Positions 8,981 to 18,253 of a stretch of 64,000 nucleotides of DNA are shown here, in pieces (the stretch's first letter is position 1; each line of letters begins with the position of its first letter). The stretch comes from an uncultured Alphaproteobacteria bacterium (GTDB lineage Bacteria; Pseudomonadota; Alphaproteobacteria; Sphingomonadales; Sphingomonadaceae). The stretch spans positions 33,975 to 97,974 of the forward strand of contig CAWADZ010000004.1 in NCBI GenBank assembly GCA_963781165.1. Reading direction: 5' to 3'. Under the pieces are notes generated by a model. The model was not told where the DNA came from. It saw only the letters and a list, made by a program, of their open reading frames with translations, and made no database searches. Made by a program: the position numbers and the translations under genes.

Positions 8981-10561
8981 TCAATTAAAAACCGGGATGC
9001 TCGTGCAAGCGCCGGTGTTGCCGCCGAAGCTGATTGCCGACGAATCGCAGGTCCAGCCTTGCGTCCAGTCGTTGGAAGAGCTGACGGCTCCGATGAAACT
9101 GGTCGCTTCGAAGAAGCCGCCCAGCGACGTCACATCGAAAACCGGGGCAAAGCCATCTTCGCCGGAACCGTTAAGGTATCCATTCACCAGCGTGTTCACG
9201 AAGGACTTGTTGTTACCGGTGCCTGCATCGAACGCGGCTTCTGCCTGCGCGGCTGTCACACCGCTGCTGCCATCACGGAAGTCCGTGGCGCAGTCGAGGG
9301 CAACCGACTGGAAGCGCGGCGGACCGACATCGTCAAGCCCGGCATTGGCTGCGCGGATCGTTTCGGGAAGGTCGATGCGCACACATGCCGTGCCGCCTGC
9401 CGACGCATCCCAGATCAACGTGTTGTACAGGCCGTAATCCGTACCGCCACGAATACGCACCACCTGATCGCCGTCCTGACGCTGGATGAAAGTGGCATTG
9501 GCGATAGTCGTATTCTGGCGCGGGGTCTGATCCTGAAGGCCGTTGTTCGAATCCGCCTCTATGATGGCATCCCCCGCACCTGCGCGCTGGGCTGCGATGA
9601 CGAACTGCATGTTCGCCTTCACACCCGTGTCGGTATCAAGCGAGTCGTCCTCTGCACCTGCGACGATCAAGCGCTTTATGTTTACGAATCCGCCGAAGAA
9701 TTCGACGCCATCGTCGGATGAATTGACCGATTGAATATTGCTGAGCGTAGTGCCTGAACCGATCCCGCCGGTTGTCAGCGATTGCAATTCATTGTCGCCG
9801 GAAAGAACGAAGCCGGAATACCGGATCTGGACAAAGCTCATCGTGCCGGAACTGTCGTTATTCGTGGCACCGCCGAAGAATGACGGCGAAACCGCGCCTT
9901 CGACCTGCCGCTCACAAGCGACTGTGCCGGGGACTGCGCCCGGGGCAACGCAATCGGTGACCGGAGCGCGGCCTGAAAGCACCACCCCGCCCCACTGGCC
10001 GGACGAATCATTGTTGTTCAGGCCAAGGATATTGTCCCGGCTGGTGAAGATGATCGGCTCGCTCGCGGTGCCAACAGCGTTGATCGCATTGCCGCGTGTG
10101 ACATTCAGAAAAGAGGACCCGGTCGCGTATACAATAACGCCGGGCTCGATTGTCAGTGTGACGTTGGTGTCGTTCAGACCATCGGAGGCGTCCGGTGCGG
10201 CTCCGCCATCGGTGCCGACATTCACTTCGCCAGGCAGGCGGTAAAGCAAGCCGGGAATTTGCGGCAAAGTGGAGGAAGTATTGAACCGCAGCGGCGTCGC
10301 ACACACGCGCCATCTGCCTTCGGGACCGGTGATCGTTCCTTCATCGGTCAGCCCTTGGGCATCGGAAATGGTCGGACAGCCATTGGCCGGAGTGACCTGT
10401 GCAGTGGTCGCCGTCGGGCTTGGCGTCGGTGTGGGAGTCGCTGGCGGGTTGTTGATCGTAATGTTGCCGCCCGTGCCGGGCGACGCGATCTCATCCGGGC
10501 CGCACGCAGCAAGCGCCAGAATTGAACTACCAAGGATAAGTGAACGGGAAAGTTTGGTCAC
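8981..10561 (-). CDS. Outer-membrane/surface lipoprotein with probable beta-helix repeats, TBDR-associated, function unknown
   Basis: Lipobox LAAC, PT linker, repetitive beta-strand motifs (SGDNELQSLTTGGIGSGT; DDGVEFFGG; DDSLDTDTG). GAGGGG RBS before GTG 10561. Confidence 0.8.
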   Translation of the reverse strand: MTKLSRSLILGSSILALAACGPDEIASPGTGGNITINNPPATPTPTPSPTATTAQVTPANGCPTISDAQGLTDEGTITGPEGRWRVCATPLRFNTSSTLPQIPGLLYRLPGEVNVGTDGGAAPDASDGLNDTNVTLTIEPGVIVYATGSSFLNVTRGNAINAVGTASEPIIFTSRDNILGLNNNDSSGQWGGVVLSGRAPVTDCVAPGAVPGTVACERQVEGAVSPSFFGGATNNDSSGTMSFVQIRYSGFVLSGDNELQSLTTGGIGSGTTLSNIQSVNSSDDGVEFFGGFVNIKRLIVAGAEDDSLDTDTGVKANMQFVIAAQRAGAGDAIIEADSNNGLQDQTPRQNTTIANATFIQRQDGDQVVRIRGGTDYGLYNTLIWDASAGGTACVRIDLPETIRAANAGLDDVGPPRFQSVALDCATDFRDGSSGVTAAQAEAAFDAGTGNNKSFVNTLVNGYLNGSGEDGFAPVFDVTSLGGFFEATSFIGAVSSSNDWTQGWTCDSSAISFGGNTGACTSIPVFN

Positions 10562-10623
10562 GGCGGTCAGCCCCTCAAATTGGCGGAAGTCTCAGGAAAG
10601 CGAGTTTCCGTTTCGCAATTCGG

Positions 10624-10679
10624 GCATTAGGCGCGCCGCGTGACACTTTGTTTGCGTGCGTGTGACACCTTTGTGAATC
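10624..10679 (-). promoter_or_regulatory. Putative PhoB-type promoter for the lipoprotein-TBDR operon
   Basis: Minus strand: GATTCAC-AAAG-GTGTCAC-N15-GTGTCAC, all in 11-bp phase (10673, 10662, 10640). Exactly 10 bp separate the last half-site from a -10-like TAATGC (10624-10629). Confidence 0.55.
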
Positions 10680-10782
10680 CGGCTATAAATTGGACAAGCG
10701 CCTGCAAAGATGCAGTTTTTCTTTTCCACAGCAGATCGATTGTGACACGGGGCGAGTTCAAATATTTCAGATTTGTGACAAT

Positions 10783-10800
10783 ATGACAGTTTTGTTGCAG
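10783..10800 (-). promoter_or_regulatory. Second Pho-box-like site in the lipoprotein/TPR divergent region
   Basis: Minus strand CTGCAAC-AAAA-CTGTCAT; further TGACA cores at 10743 and 10776 are 33 bp apart. Confidence 0.45.
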
Positions 10801-10848
10801 TATCTGGGCTGTTGCCGCATAATTCGTGCTGACGACAGGAGACACATC

Positions 10849-11217
10849 ATGATTGTAACACTCGTTCTCGCACCGCTTTTGCTAGCTCAGGCCGCGACCG
10901 AACAGATGGTCGAACAGCAATATGAAAGGGTGGATGTCGCCTATGTAGAACTGGCCGAAGGCGATGCAGAAGCGGCTGTAACCCGGCTGGAGGCTGAATT
11001 GGCCGAACATGGCGGCCATCCTGCCCTCTTTATCAATCTGGGCAGTGCCCACGCACGTTTGGGCAATCTTGAGCGCGCCGAGTTCTTTTACCGCGCCGCA
11101 CGCGATTGTGACGAGGAATATGAAATGGAACTCGCCGACGGTCGCTGGATGGCTTCGCGCGATGCGGCCCGCCTTGCGCTGGCCAGCGTCGAGCTGGAAG
11201 CGCTTGCAACGCGTTAG
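10849..11217 (+). CDS. Small secreted protein with a TPR-like repeat
   Basis: AGGAG RBS before ATG 10849, hydrophobic signal peptide, and the TPR-like helix pair PALFINLGSAHARLGNLERAEFFYRAA. Confidence 0.7.
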   Translation: MIVTLVLAPLLLAQAATEQMVEQQYERVDVAYVELAEGDAEAAVTRLEAELAEHGGHPALFINLGSAHARLGNLERAEFFYRAARDCDEEYEMELADGRWMASRDAARLALASVELEALATR

Positions 11218-11271
11218 GCTTCCCCTCTTCCCTTCAGGTCGCACTGCAAGTTTGGGCATATTAAACAGTTC

Positions 11272-11310
11272 CGGCCCGGCGAAACTTCTTCGCCGGGCCG
11301 TTTTGTTATT
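11272..11310 (+). terminator. Rho-independent terminator
   Basis: Perfect 12-bp stem CGGCCCGGCGAA / TTCGCCGGGCCG with a 5-nt loop, followed by TTTTGTTATT. Confidence 0.8.
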
Positions 11311-11320
11311 GTGTGTCCGT

Positions 11321-11338
11321 TTGTCATGCCGCTGTCAT
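11321..11338 (+). promoter_or_regulatory. Near-consensus Pho box upstream of the virB cluster
   Basis: TTGTCAT-GCCG-CTGTCAT, ending 37 bp before the virB1 ATG. Confidence 0.7.
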
Positions 11339-11375
11339 TTCGTGTAAGCAAAGAGCTTGCTTTGGAAGGGTCCGC

Positions 11376-12014
11376 ATGATTCTGCGTTCTGGCATTTGTG
11401 TATCTGCTTTTCTGCTGGCCGCCGTTGCTGCGGTTCCGGCAAGCGCAGATGTGCTGGAAATCAGCGCGGATGGCGAAGTCAGCTGGATCGCAGGCGGCGC
11501 GCCGGGTTCGGGTGCTGACGCAGTGGTTTACGCCGGTGCGATCGGCGAAGTGTCCGCCGATGTAATGTCCTTCCTGCCCGACAATGCGGTCGCTGATACA
11601 CGATTGCACGCTGCTGGAATTCCTGCAGCCTACACCGCCACCATCCATGATCTGGCGGAGCGATTTGACCTTAGCCCCGCGTTGCTGGAAGCGGTCGTCT
11701 GGCAGGAGAGTCGCTGGCGCGCGAACGCCATTTCGCCTGCTGGTGCTCGCGGTCTGGCGCAATTAATGCCCGGTACGGCGCGGGATTTGGGCGTTGATCC
11801 TGATGATCCTTTCGCCAACCTCGAAGGCGGCGCCCGGTATTTGCGTGAACAGCTTGACCGGTTTGACGGCGATCTGGAACGCGCCCTTGCTGCTTACAAT
11901 GCGGGCCCAGGACGGGTCATCCGTTCAGGCGGCGTTCCGCAAATTCGTGAAACACAATTATACGTGGCGGCCATTATGGGCCGCCTGTCCGACCACTCCC
12001 GGAGTCCAGAATAA
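11376..12014 (+). CDS. virB1: Lytic transglycosylase (VirB1-like)
   Basis: Signal peptide and SLT motifs AVVWQESRW, GARGLAQLMPGTA, ALAAYNAG; first gene of the virB cluster. Confidence 0.8.
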   Translation: MILRSGICVSAFLLAAVAAVPASADVLEISADGEVSWIAGGAPGSGADAVVYAGAIGEVSADVMSFLPDNAVADTRLHAAGIPAAYTATIHDLAERFDLSPALLEAVVWQESRWRANAISPAGARGLAQLMPGTARDLGVDPDDPFANLEGGARYLREQLDRFDGDLERALAAYNAGPGRVIRSGGVPQIRETQLYVAAIMGRLSDHSRSPE

Positions 12015-12016
12015 CA

Positions 12017-12313
12017 ATGCACATTTTTGCCCGTATTGCAGCATTTCTCACATTGCTGCTGCCCTCTGCTGCCTTCGCTCAGGATCCCGCCGGGTCCGGC
12101 CCGATCAACAGCGCCTTTGGCTGGATGCGCGACACTCTGCTTGGCACGGTTGCCACGACAGTGGCAGTCATGGCCGTCGCCGCAGTTGGTTTCATGATGC
12201 TGACCGGACGGGTCAACTGGCGTTTTGGCGCGACGGTAATCATCGGCGTTTTCATCATCTTTGGTGCAGCCTCCATCGTGGCAGGCATCCAGGGCGCTGC
12301 GGCTGTTGGATAG
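12017..12313 (+). CDS. virB2: TrbC/VirB2 family pilin
   Basis: Signal peptide plus two hydrophobic helices; position between virB1 and virB3. Confidence 0.85.
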   Translation: MHIFARIAAFLTLLLPSAAFAQDPAGSGPINSAFGWMRDTLLGTVATTVAVMAVAAVGFMMLTGRVNWRFGATVIIGVFIIFGAASIVAGIQGAAAVG

Positions 12314-12325
12314 GCAAGACGCGCA

Positions 12326-12607
12326 ATGCAAATGACCCGCTACCCCGTCCACCGCGCGCTTACCCGGCCACAGATGTTTGCGGGCGTGACGTATAATTAC
12401 TTCGTGATCAATGCGCTGGTCACAGTGGAAGCGTTCCTGATGCTGAAAAGCTTCTGGATCGTGCCCATCCCGATCATCATGCACGCCATCGGCTATTTCG
12501 CCTGTCTGCGTGAACCGCGATTTTTCGACCTTTGGATCACCAAGGTCAGCAAGTGTCCCCGCGTAAAGAATTACAAACGCTGGGGCTGCAATTCATACGC
12601 TGCCTGA
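12326..12607 (+). CDS. virB3: Type IV secretion protein VirB3
   Basis: ALTRPQMFAGV motif, two TM segments, directly before virB4. Confidence 0.88.
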   Translation: MQMTRYPVHRALTRPQMFAGVTYNYFVINALVTVEAFLMLKSFWIVPIPIIMHAIGYFACLREPRFFDLWITKVSKCPRVKNYKRWGCNSYAA

Positions 12608-12628
12608 CCGGCAGCCGGAGCAAATGCG

Positions 12629-15070
12629 ATGACAACCACAGGCCCCAAGAAATGGCTGGGCGCCGCAGCATGGAGCGCCAAGGAAGCGCATGCTGGCGAC
12701 CGCCTGCCCTATGCACGGCTGGTCGATGCTGGCGTCATGCTGCTGCGCGATGGATCCTTGATGAGTGCGCTGCAGGTGCCCGGACTGTTGTTCGAAACCG
12801 AAGATACAGATGCGCTGAACGCCCATGCCGCCACGCGGGAGATCATGCTTCGTTCGAACCTCGATGCGCGGTTCGTCATGTATCACCACGTCATTCGCCG
12901 CCGGGTCGCCGTGGAACTGGACGCGCGCTTCGAGGATCCCCTGGCAGCGCACATCGACCAGCGCTGGCGCGACAAGCTTTCGTCAGGATCGCTGTTCGTA
13001 AATGATCAGTTCGTGACACTGGTGCGCCGCCCGGCACGCGGAAAGGCCGGTTTCGTGGAACGGGCGAGCAAGGCCATCCGTCGCCGATCCAACGAAGCGG
13101 AAGATATCGATCCCAAGGACCTGCGGTCCCTGCGCGCAGCAATGCAGGCGCTGGCCGCGAGCCTTGGCGATTACGGAGCGCAGCCGCTGGGCGATTACAC
13201 CGGACCATCGGGGGCTGCAAACAACGAACTGCTGGAGCTGCTCTCCGCGCTCTATAATGGTGAAATGCGTCCCGTGCGTCGCCCCGATATCGAAACCGAT
13301 ATCGGGCGCATGATTCCGTATCGCCGTGCCAGTTTCGGCATCGACGCAATGGAGTTGCGCGGATCGGGCGGAGCCGATTTCGGCTCCATGCTGAGCCTCA
13401 AAGACTATCCCGAAGCGACCAGCGCCGGCCTGCTCGATTCGATGCTGCGCCTGCCCTATGAAATGATCGTGACAGAGAGTTTCGCGCCGCAGGAACGCCA
13501 GACCGCACGGGAAAAGATCGACCTTGCTATCCGCCGCCTGAAAAGCGCCGATGAGGACGCGCAGGCCGAACGGGCGGACATGATGGCAGCGCGCGACGAA
13601 CTCGGCGCAGGCTCAGTCGGGTTCGGCGATCATCACCTGTCGGTGCTGGTCCGCGAAAGCACGCTGGAACGGCTGGATGATGCCACTGCCGCTGTCGCAG
13701 CCAGCCTTGCCGATACGGGCGCGATTACAGTGCGCGAAGATACCAATCTGGAGCCTGTCTTCTGGGGGCAATTCCCCGGCAACGAGCAGTACCTGGTGCG
13801 CCGCGCGATGATTTCCACCGCCAACATGGCAAGCTTTGGCAGCCTTCACGGCTTTGCGCTGGGGCAGGCAGAGGGCAATCATTGGGGCGAAGCTGTCACC
13901 TTGCTCCAGACGACCAGCTCCACGCCGTTTTTCTTCAATTTCCACCACGGCGATCTGGGCAATTTCTCGGTGATCGGGCCTTCGGGTTCGGGCAAGACCG
14001 TGGTGATGAACTTCCTCGCGGCACAGGCGCAGAAATTCTCCCCGCGCACCATCCTGTTCGACAAGGATCGCGGCGCGGAACTGTTCATTCGCGGGATCGG
14101 CGGCAATTATGACCGCATCAGGTCCGGCAATCCGACCGGCTTCAATCCCTTGTCCCTTCCAGATACGCCTCTCAATCGCGGTTTTCTGCGCGATTGGCTG
14201 AGCGTTGTGCTGGACGCACAAGGTCCGGAAGAGCTTTCGACGATCGCGGCTGCAGTTGATGCCGCCTACGCCAACGACAGCTCCCTGCGCCGCCTGCGCC
14301 ATTTCAAGGAATTGGTGTCCGGCAGCCGCCGCCCGCAGCCCGGCGATCTGGCAGACCGCCTTTCAGCATGGATTGATGACGGCGAACACGGCTGGCTGTT
14401 CGATAATCAGACCGATAATCTTGATCTGTCCACCCGCGTCATGGGCTTTGACATGACCGCGCTGCTGGAAAATCCCAAGCTGCGTACGCCGGTGATGATG
14501 TATCTGTTCCACCGCATCGAGGAACGGCTGGACGGCCAGCCTACCATGATTCTGATCGATGAAGGTTGGAAAGCGCTGGATGACGAGGTGTTCGCCGCGC
14601 GTATCCGCGATTGGCTGAAAACGTTGCGCAAACGCAATGCCCTGGTCGGTTTCGCCACGCAAAGCGCACGCGATGCGCTGGACAGCAGGATTTCTACGGC
14701 ATTGGTCGAACAGACCGCCACCATGATTTTCATGCCCAATGCCCGCGCCCGGCCAGAGGATTATTGCGACGGTTTCGGCCTGACGGAGCATGAATTCGCG
14801 CTGATCCGCAGTCTGCCTGCGCACAGCCGGTGTTTCCTTGTCCGCCAGCCCGATGCGAGCGTGGTCGTGCGGCTTGATCTGTCCGGCGCGCCCGAAGTGC
14901 TGACCATGCTGTCCGGCCGTGAAAGCACCGTGCGGCGGCTTGATCTGCTGCGCGAGGCGGTCGGCAATGATCCTTCGCAGTGGTTCCCCGCGCTGACCAA
15001 TCATGCATGGCCCGGACCTGCGGGCGTCATTACGGAAACCGACGTTCGCGGCCGGGAGGCGGCCGAGTGA
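12629..15070 (+). CDS. virB4: Type IV secretion ATPase VirB4
   Basis: Walker A GPSGSGKT, FDKDRG, Walker B ILIDEGW, and the RKRNA...FATQS motif; 813 aa. Confidence 0.95.
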   Translation: MTTTGPKKWLGAAAWSAKEAHAGDRLPYARLVDAGVMLLRDGSLMSALQVPGLLFETEDTDALNAHAATREIMLRSNLDARFVMYHHVIRRRVAVELDARFEDPLAAHIDQRWRDKLSSGSLFVNDQFVTLVRRPARGKAGFVERASKAIRRRSNEAEDIDPKDLRSLRAAMQALAASLGDYGAQPLGDYTGPSGAANNELLELLSALYNGEMRPVRRPDIETDIGRMIPYRRASFGIDAMELRGSGGADFGSMLSLKDYPEATSAGLLDSMLRLPYEMIVTESFAPQERQTAREKIDLAIRRLKSADEDAQAERADMMAARDELGAGSVGFGDHHLSVLVRESTLERLDDATAAVAASLADTGAITVREDTNLEPVFWGQFPGNEQYLVRRAMISTANMASFGSLHGFALGQAEGNHWGEAVTLLQTTSSTPFFFNFHHGDLGNFSVIGPSGSGKTVVMNFLAAQAQKFSPRTILFDKDRGAELFIRGIGGNYDRIRSGNPTGFNPLSLPDTPLNRGFLRDWLSVVLDAQGPEELSTIAAAVDAAYANDSSLRRLRHFKELVSGSRRPQPGDLADRLSAWIDDGEHGWLFDNQTDNLDLSTRVMGFDMTALLENPKLRTPVMMYLFHRIEERLDGQPTMILIDEGWKALDDEVFAARIRDWLKTLRKRNALVGFATQSARDALDSRISTALVEQTATMIFMPNARARPEDYCDGFGLTEHEFALIRSLPAHSRCFLVRQPDASVVVRLDLSGAPEVLTMLSGRESTVRRLDLLREAVGNDPSQWFPALTNHAWPGPAGVITETDVRGREAAE

Positions 15071-16275
15071 CCAGCACCGTTGCCAGCGTCGGGATCGAAT
15101 GCCAGCGCCAGATGGAATCTGTCGGTGCGGGCATCGGTGCGTCCCTTCGCGGCGTCGATTGCGCGGCAAATGCCATGGCAGAAGCGGCCTTCAACCGGCT
15201 GTTTACCGAAGGCGGATTTCTTGGTCCTACGCTGACTATTGTCCTGACACTTTTCGTGGCGGTGCTCGGCTTTGCGCTGATGACGGGGCGTACGCGGATT
15301 GGCCTTGCCTCGCTCACGCCGCGGATGGTGACGCTGGTGGCAGTCATCACTTTCGCGACAAGCTGGTTTGTTTTTCAAAGCGTGTTCTGGAACCTGGCCG
15401 TCCTGGGGCCCGACTCCATTGCGACGGGTCTGATGGGCACAGACGGTTCTGCCACCACCATTTTCGCGGACAAGCTGGATGCCGTCATGCTCTCGCTTAT
15501 GCAGGCATCGGGCGGTGATGCGATGGATGCCAACACCTCCATTTTCTCGCCCCCGGGTCTGCTGTGGTCAGGCGGCACCATGCTGCTGCTGGGCACTGTA
15601 GGCGTTCTGGCGACCACCAAGATTGCGCTCGCCATCCTGATGGGGATCGGTCCGATTTTCATTGTGATGGCGCTGTTCAACGGCACGCGCGGACTGTTCA
15701 TCGGATGGCTGAAAGGCGTTGTGATGATGGCGATGGCGCCGCTGTTCGCGGTGCTTGGCGGATCGCTGATGCTGGAACTCGCGATCCCTGTCCTCTCCAG
15801 TCTTGCGTCCAGCCCAGGCGAGATTGATGTGCGCCCGGCAATGGCATTCTTCATGATCGGCGCTGTCCACCTTGCGCTCATGTTCATGATCCTAAAGGTG
15901 CTGTCGACCATGGTATCGGGATGGACAGTATTCGGCCTGGCGCGCAGCGACCGGGATGACGCGGGCAGCTACGCGCCCGCCGCCGCTGCGGCAGCTGCTG
16001 TTCGCGCCGCGCCGCCTTCCGCCCTCACGACGACAACGGCAAGCGACCGTGCCGCGCAGGCGGGCTCTGCTGCTGCGCGCGATATTCGTGTGGCCGCAGC
16101 AATGCCGATGGCGGCCAATGACAGTAATGGCATCACCCATACGCGCGAAACCCGCATCATCGGCGGGGCTGGCGCTACACAGACCGGCTCTTCCGGCACC
16201 ACACCCTCTCGCGCCCGCGGCATCGGTAGCCGCTTCAAATCGGCGCCCATTCGCTCCACGGAGAAAATGCAATGA
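15067..16275 (+). CDS. virB6: Type IV secretion protein VirB6 (TrbL/VirB6)
   Basis: Polytopic membrane protein (KIALAILMGIGPIFI...FNGTRGLFIGWL). GTGA start overlaps the virB4 stop. Ala/Thr-rich C-terminal tail. Confidence 0.85.
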   Translation: MTSTVASVGIECQRQMESVGAGIGASLRGVDCAANAMAEAAFNRLFTEGGFLGPTLTIVLTLFVAVLGFALMTGRTRIGLASLTPRMVTLVAVITFATSWFVFQSVFWNLAVLGPDSIATGLMGTDGSATTIFADKLDAVMLSLMQASGGDAMDANTSIFSPPGLLWSGGTMLLLGTVGVLATTKIALAILMGIGPIFIVMALFNGTRGLFIGWLKGVVMMAMAPLFAVLGGSLMLELAIPVLSSLASSPGEIDVRPAMAFFMIGAVHLALMFMILKVLSTMVSGWTVFGLARSDRDDAGSYAPAAAAAAAVRAAPPSALTTTTASDRAAQAGSAAARDIRVAAAMPMAANDSNGITHTRETRIIGGAGATQTGSSGTTPSRARGIGSRFKSAPIRSTEKMQ

Positions 16276-17072
16276 TCCGCACCGGCCTGATGGCAGTGCT
16301 TCTGGCGACTGCACTGGTGGCAACACCGGCGATAGCGCAGCGCGACCCGCGCATGATCGAACGCCTTTACGATTCCGCCGAAGTGGTGCGCATCGAAGGC
16401 AAGACCAACGTGCAAACGACCATCCGCTTTGGCGATGACGAGTCGATTGAAAACGTCGCGATTGGCGATTCGCAGGCTTGGCAGGTCACGCCCAACCGCC
16501 GGGCCAATCTGTTGTTCGTAAAACCGCTGGCCCCGCGTGCGACCACAAACATGACCGTGGTTACCAATCGCCATACCTATCTGTTCGATCTGGTGGCCAA
16601 TCCCAATGCACGCACCCCGCTGTATATTTTGACCTTCACCTATCCGGAGGAACCGGAGGCTGAGCAGGATGAGGCGCGGCTGGCATCAGCGCAGCCTGCT
16701 GTCACTGCCAACGCGCTGGAAATGGCGGCAGCAAGCGACGATTATGCCGTGCTCGACCCTGCGGCCCTGAATTTCGCATGGGCCGGCACGGGCGCGCAAG
16801 GCCTGCTTCCGGCAGAAATCTACGACAATGGAGAGGCGACTTTCCTGACATGGCCAGCAGGGCAACCAATGCCCGCCATTCTGCTGAAAGATCAGCAGGG
16901 CAACGAAGGTCCGGTCAATTTTGCCACGCGCGGCGATGTGATCGTGCTCGATCTCGTGCCCGCCGAGATTATCCTGCGATCGGGCGATGATGTCGCCTTG
17001 CTCACCAATCAGGGCGACGCAGGCGCCTATCTTGCCGACGGCACTGCACGCCGCGACCCTGAACGTAACTGA
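16272..17072 (+). CDS. virB9: Type IV secretion outer-membrane core protein VirB9 (TrbG/VirB9)
   Basis: Signal peptide; DPRM...Y, IRFGDDESIENVAIGDSQAW, NLLFVKP, TNMTVVTNRHTYLFDL, IYDNGEATF. Confidence 0.9.
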   Translation: MIRTGLMAVLLATALVATPAIAQRDPRMIERLYDSAEVVRIEGKTNVQTTIRFGDDESIENVAIGDSQAWQVTPNRRANLLFVKPLAPRATTNMTVVTNRHTYLFDLVANPNARTPLYILTFTYPEEPEAEQDEARLASAQPAVTANALEMAAASDDYAVLDPAALNFAWAGTGAQGLLPAEIYDNGEATFLTWPAGQPMPAILLKDQQGNEGPVNFATRGDVIVLDLVPAEIILRSGDDVALLTNQGDAGAYLADGTARRDPERN

Positions 17073-17085
17073 ACGGAGAACTGCC

Positions 17086-18246
17086 ATGAAACTTGCCATG
17101 CGCCTTCCGGAAAAGAGCAGCGGCGTCGCCAATGATGCCGATCCCCGCGATGATGAGACCACCGAGGTTATCGATCTTGCGAGCCGCACGTCATATCCCG
17201 CCGTCGCCAATCGCAAGGGCAAATCCGACGCGCTTGGCCTTGCTGCGGGTATCGCGTTTGTCGCGCTGATTGGTGCCGCAACCCTGTGGGGACTTAGCGC
17301 TGGCGACACTGGCGATAGCACCGCGGATCTGGCAGCAACTGAGACAGCGCCTCTACCGCCAACCGGCATTGTGCCCGTTGGCACTGCGCCCACAGACGGC
17401 CTGCCAAGCGCCAATGCGGGTGGCAATGGCATTCCGATGGCCGATCCAGCCCCCTCACCTGTGCTCTCTCGCACGCCTGACGCCTATGTGGCGGCCGGAC
17501 CGAGCATCAATCCCTATTCCTCTCCAACGCTTGTATTCGATGGCGGCGTTGCGCCCTCTGCGGCCGCTGCCAATGCCGCCGCAGCCGAAGCTGCCGCAGC
17601 AGGCGCTCCGCAGAATGCAGTGGTGCCCGGCGCCGGTGCAGCGGGCGAATTTGCCGCGCGTATTGGCGGCGTTGGCGGCGGCACCGCCGTTGCCCGTCAG
17701 GATATCAATCCGGCGACCACGGTGACGCAGGGCACGATGATCCCCGCGATCCTCGAAACCGCGATCAATACCGACGTACCCGGCTTCGTGCGCGCCGTGG
17801 TGAGCCAGGACGTGCGCAGTTTTGACGGCGGGCGCGTGCTCATCCCGCGCTCCAGCCGCCTTGTCGGGCAATACCAGTCCGGCCTTCAGGCAGGCCAACG
17901 CCGCGCCTATGTCATCTGGCAGCGGGTTATCCGCCCCGATGGTGTGACCGTACAATTACAGAGCCCCGCGACCAGCTTCGATGGCACGGCGGGCATTGCC
18001 GGCGATGTCGACAATCATTTCTTCAGCCGGTTTGGTTCGGCCATGCTGCTGTCGGTAATCGGCGGACTGACCAATGTGGCAAGCGGCGGGGCGTCGATTG
18101 TCCTTGGCGGCGGGCAGAGCGCAGCCAACACCGCCTTGCAGCAGGACGGCCAGCGTCCGCCGACCGTGCGCGTTCGCATGGGTGAGCCGATCCGCGTTTA
18201 CACCGCGCGCGATCTCGACTTCGGTCAGGCACCGCAGGCCCGCTGA
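17086..18246 (+). CDS. virB10: Type IV secretion protein VirB10 (TrbI/VirB10)
   Basis: GGAG RBS before ATG 17086; TM helix, Pro/Ala-rich linker, TrbI domain (GTMIPAILETAINTDVPG; LIPRSSRLVGQY; VDNHFFSRFG). Confidence 0.92.
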   Translation: MKLAMRLPEKSSGVANDADPRDDETTEVIDLASRTSYPAVANRKGKSDALGLAAGIAFVALIGAATLWGLSAGDTGDSTADLAATETAPLPPTGIVPVGTAPTDGLPSANAGGNGIPMADPAPSPVLSRTPDAYVAAGPSINPYSSPTLVFDGGVAPSAAAANAAAAEAAAAGAPQNAVVPGAGAAGEFAARIGGVGGGTAVARQDINPATTVTQGTMIPAILETAINTDVPGFVRAVVSQDVRSFDGGRVLIPRSSRLVGQYQSGLQAGQRRAYVIWQRVIRPDGVTVQLQSPATSFDGTAGIAGDVDNHFFSRFGSAMLLSVIGGLTNVASGGASIVLGGGQSAANTALQQDGQRPPTVRVRMGEPIRVYTARDLDFGQAPQAR

Positions 18247-18253
18247 TCCTGCG

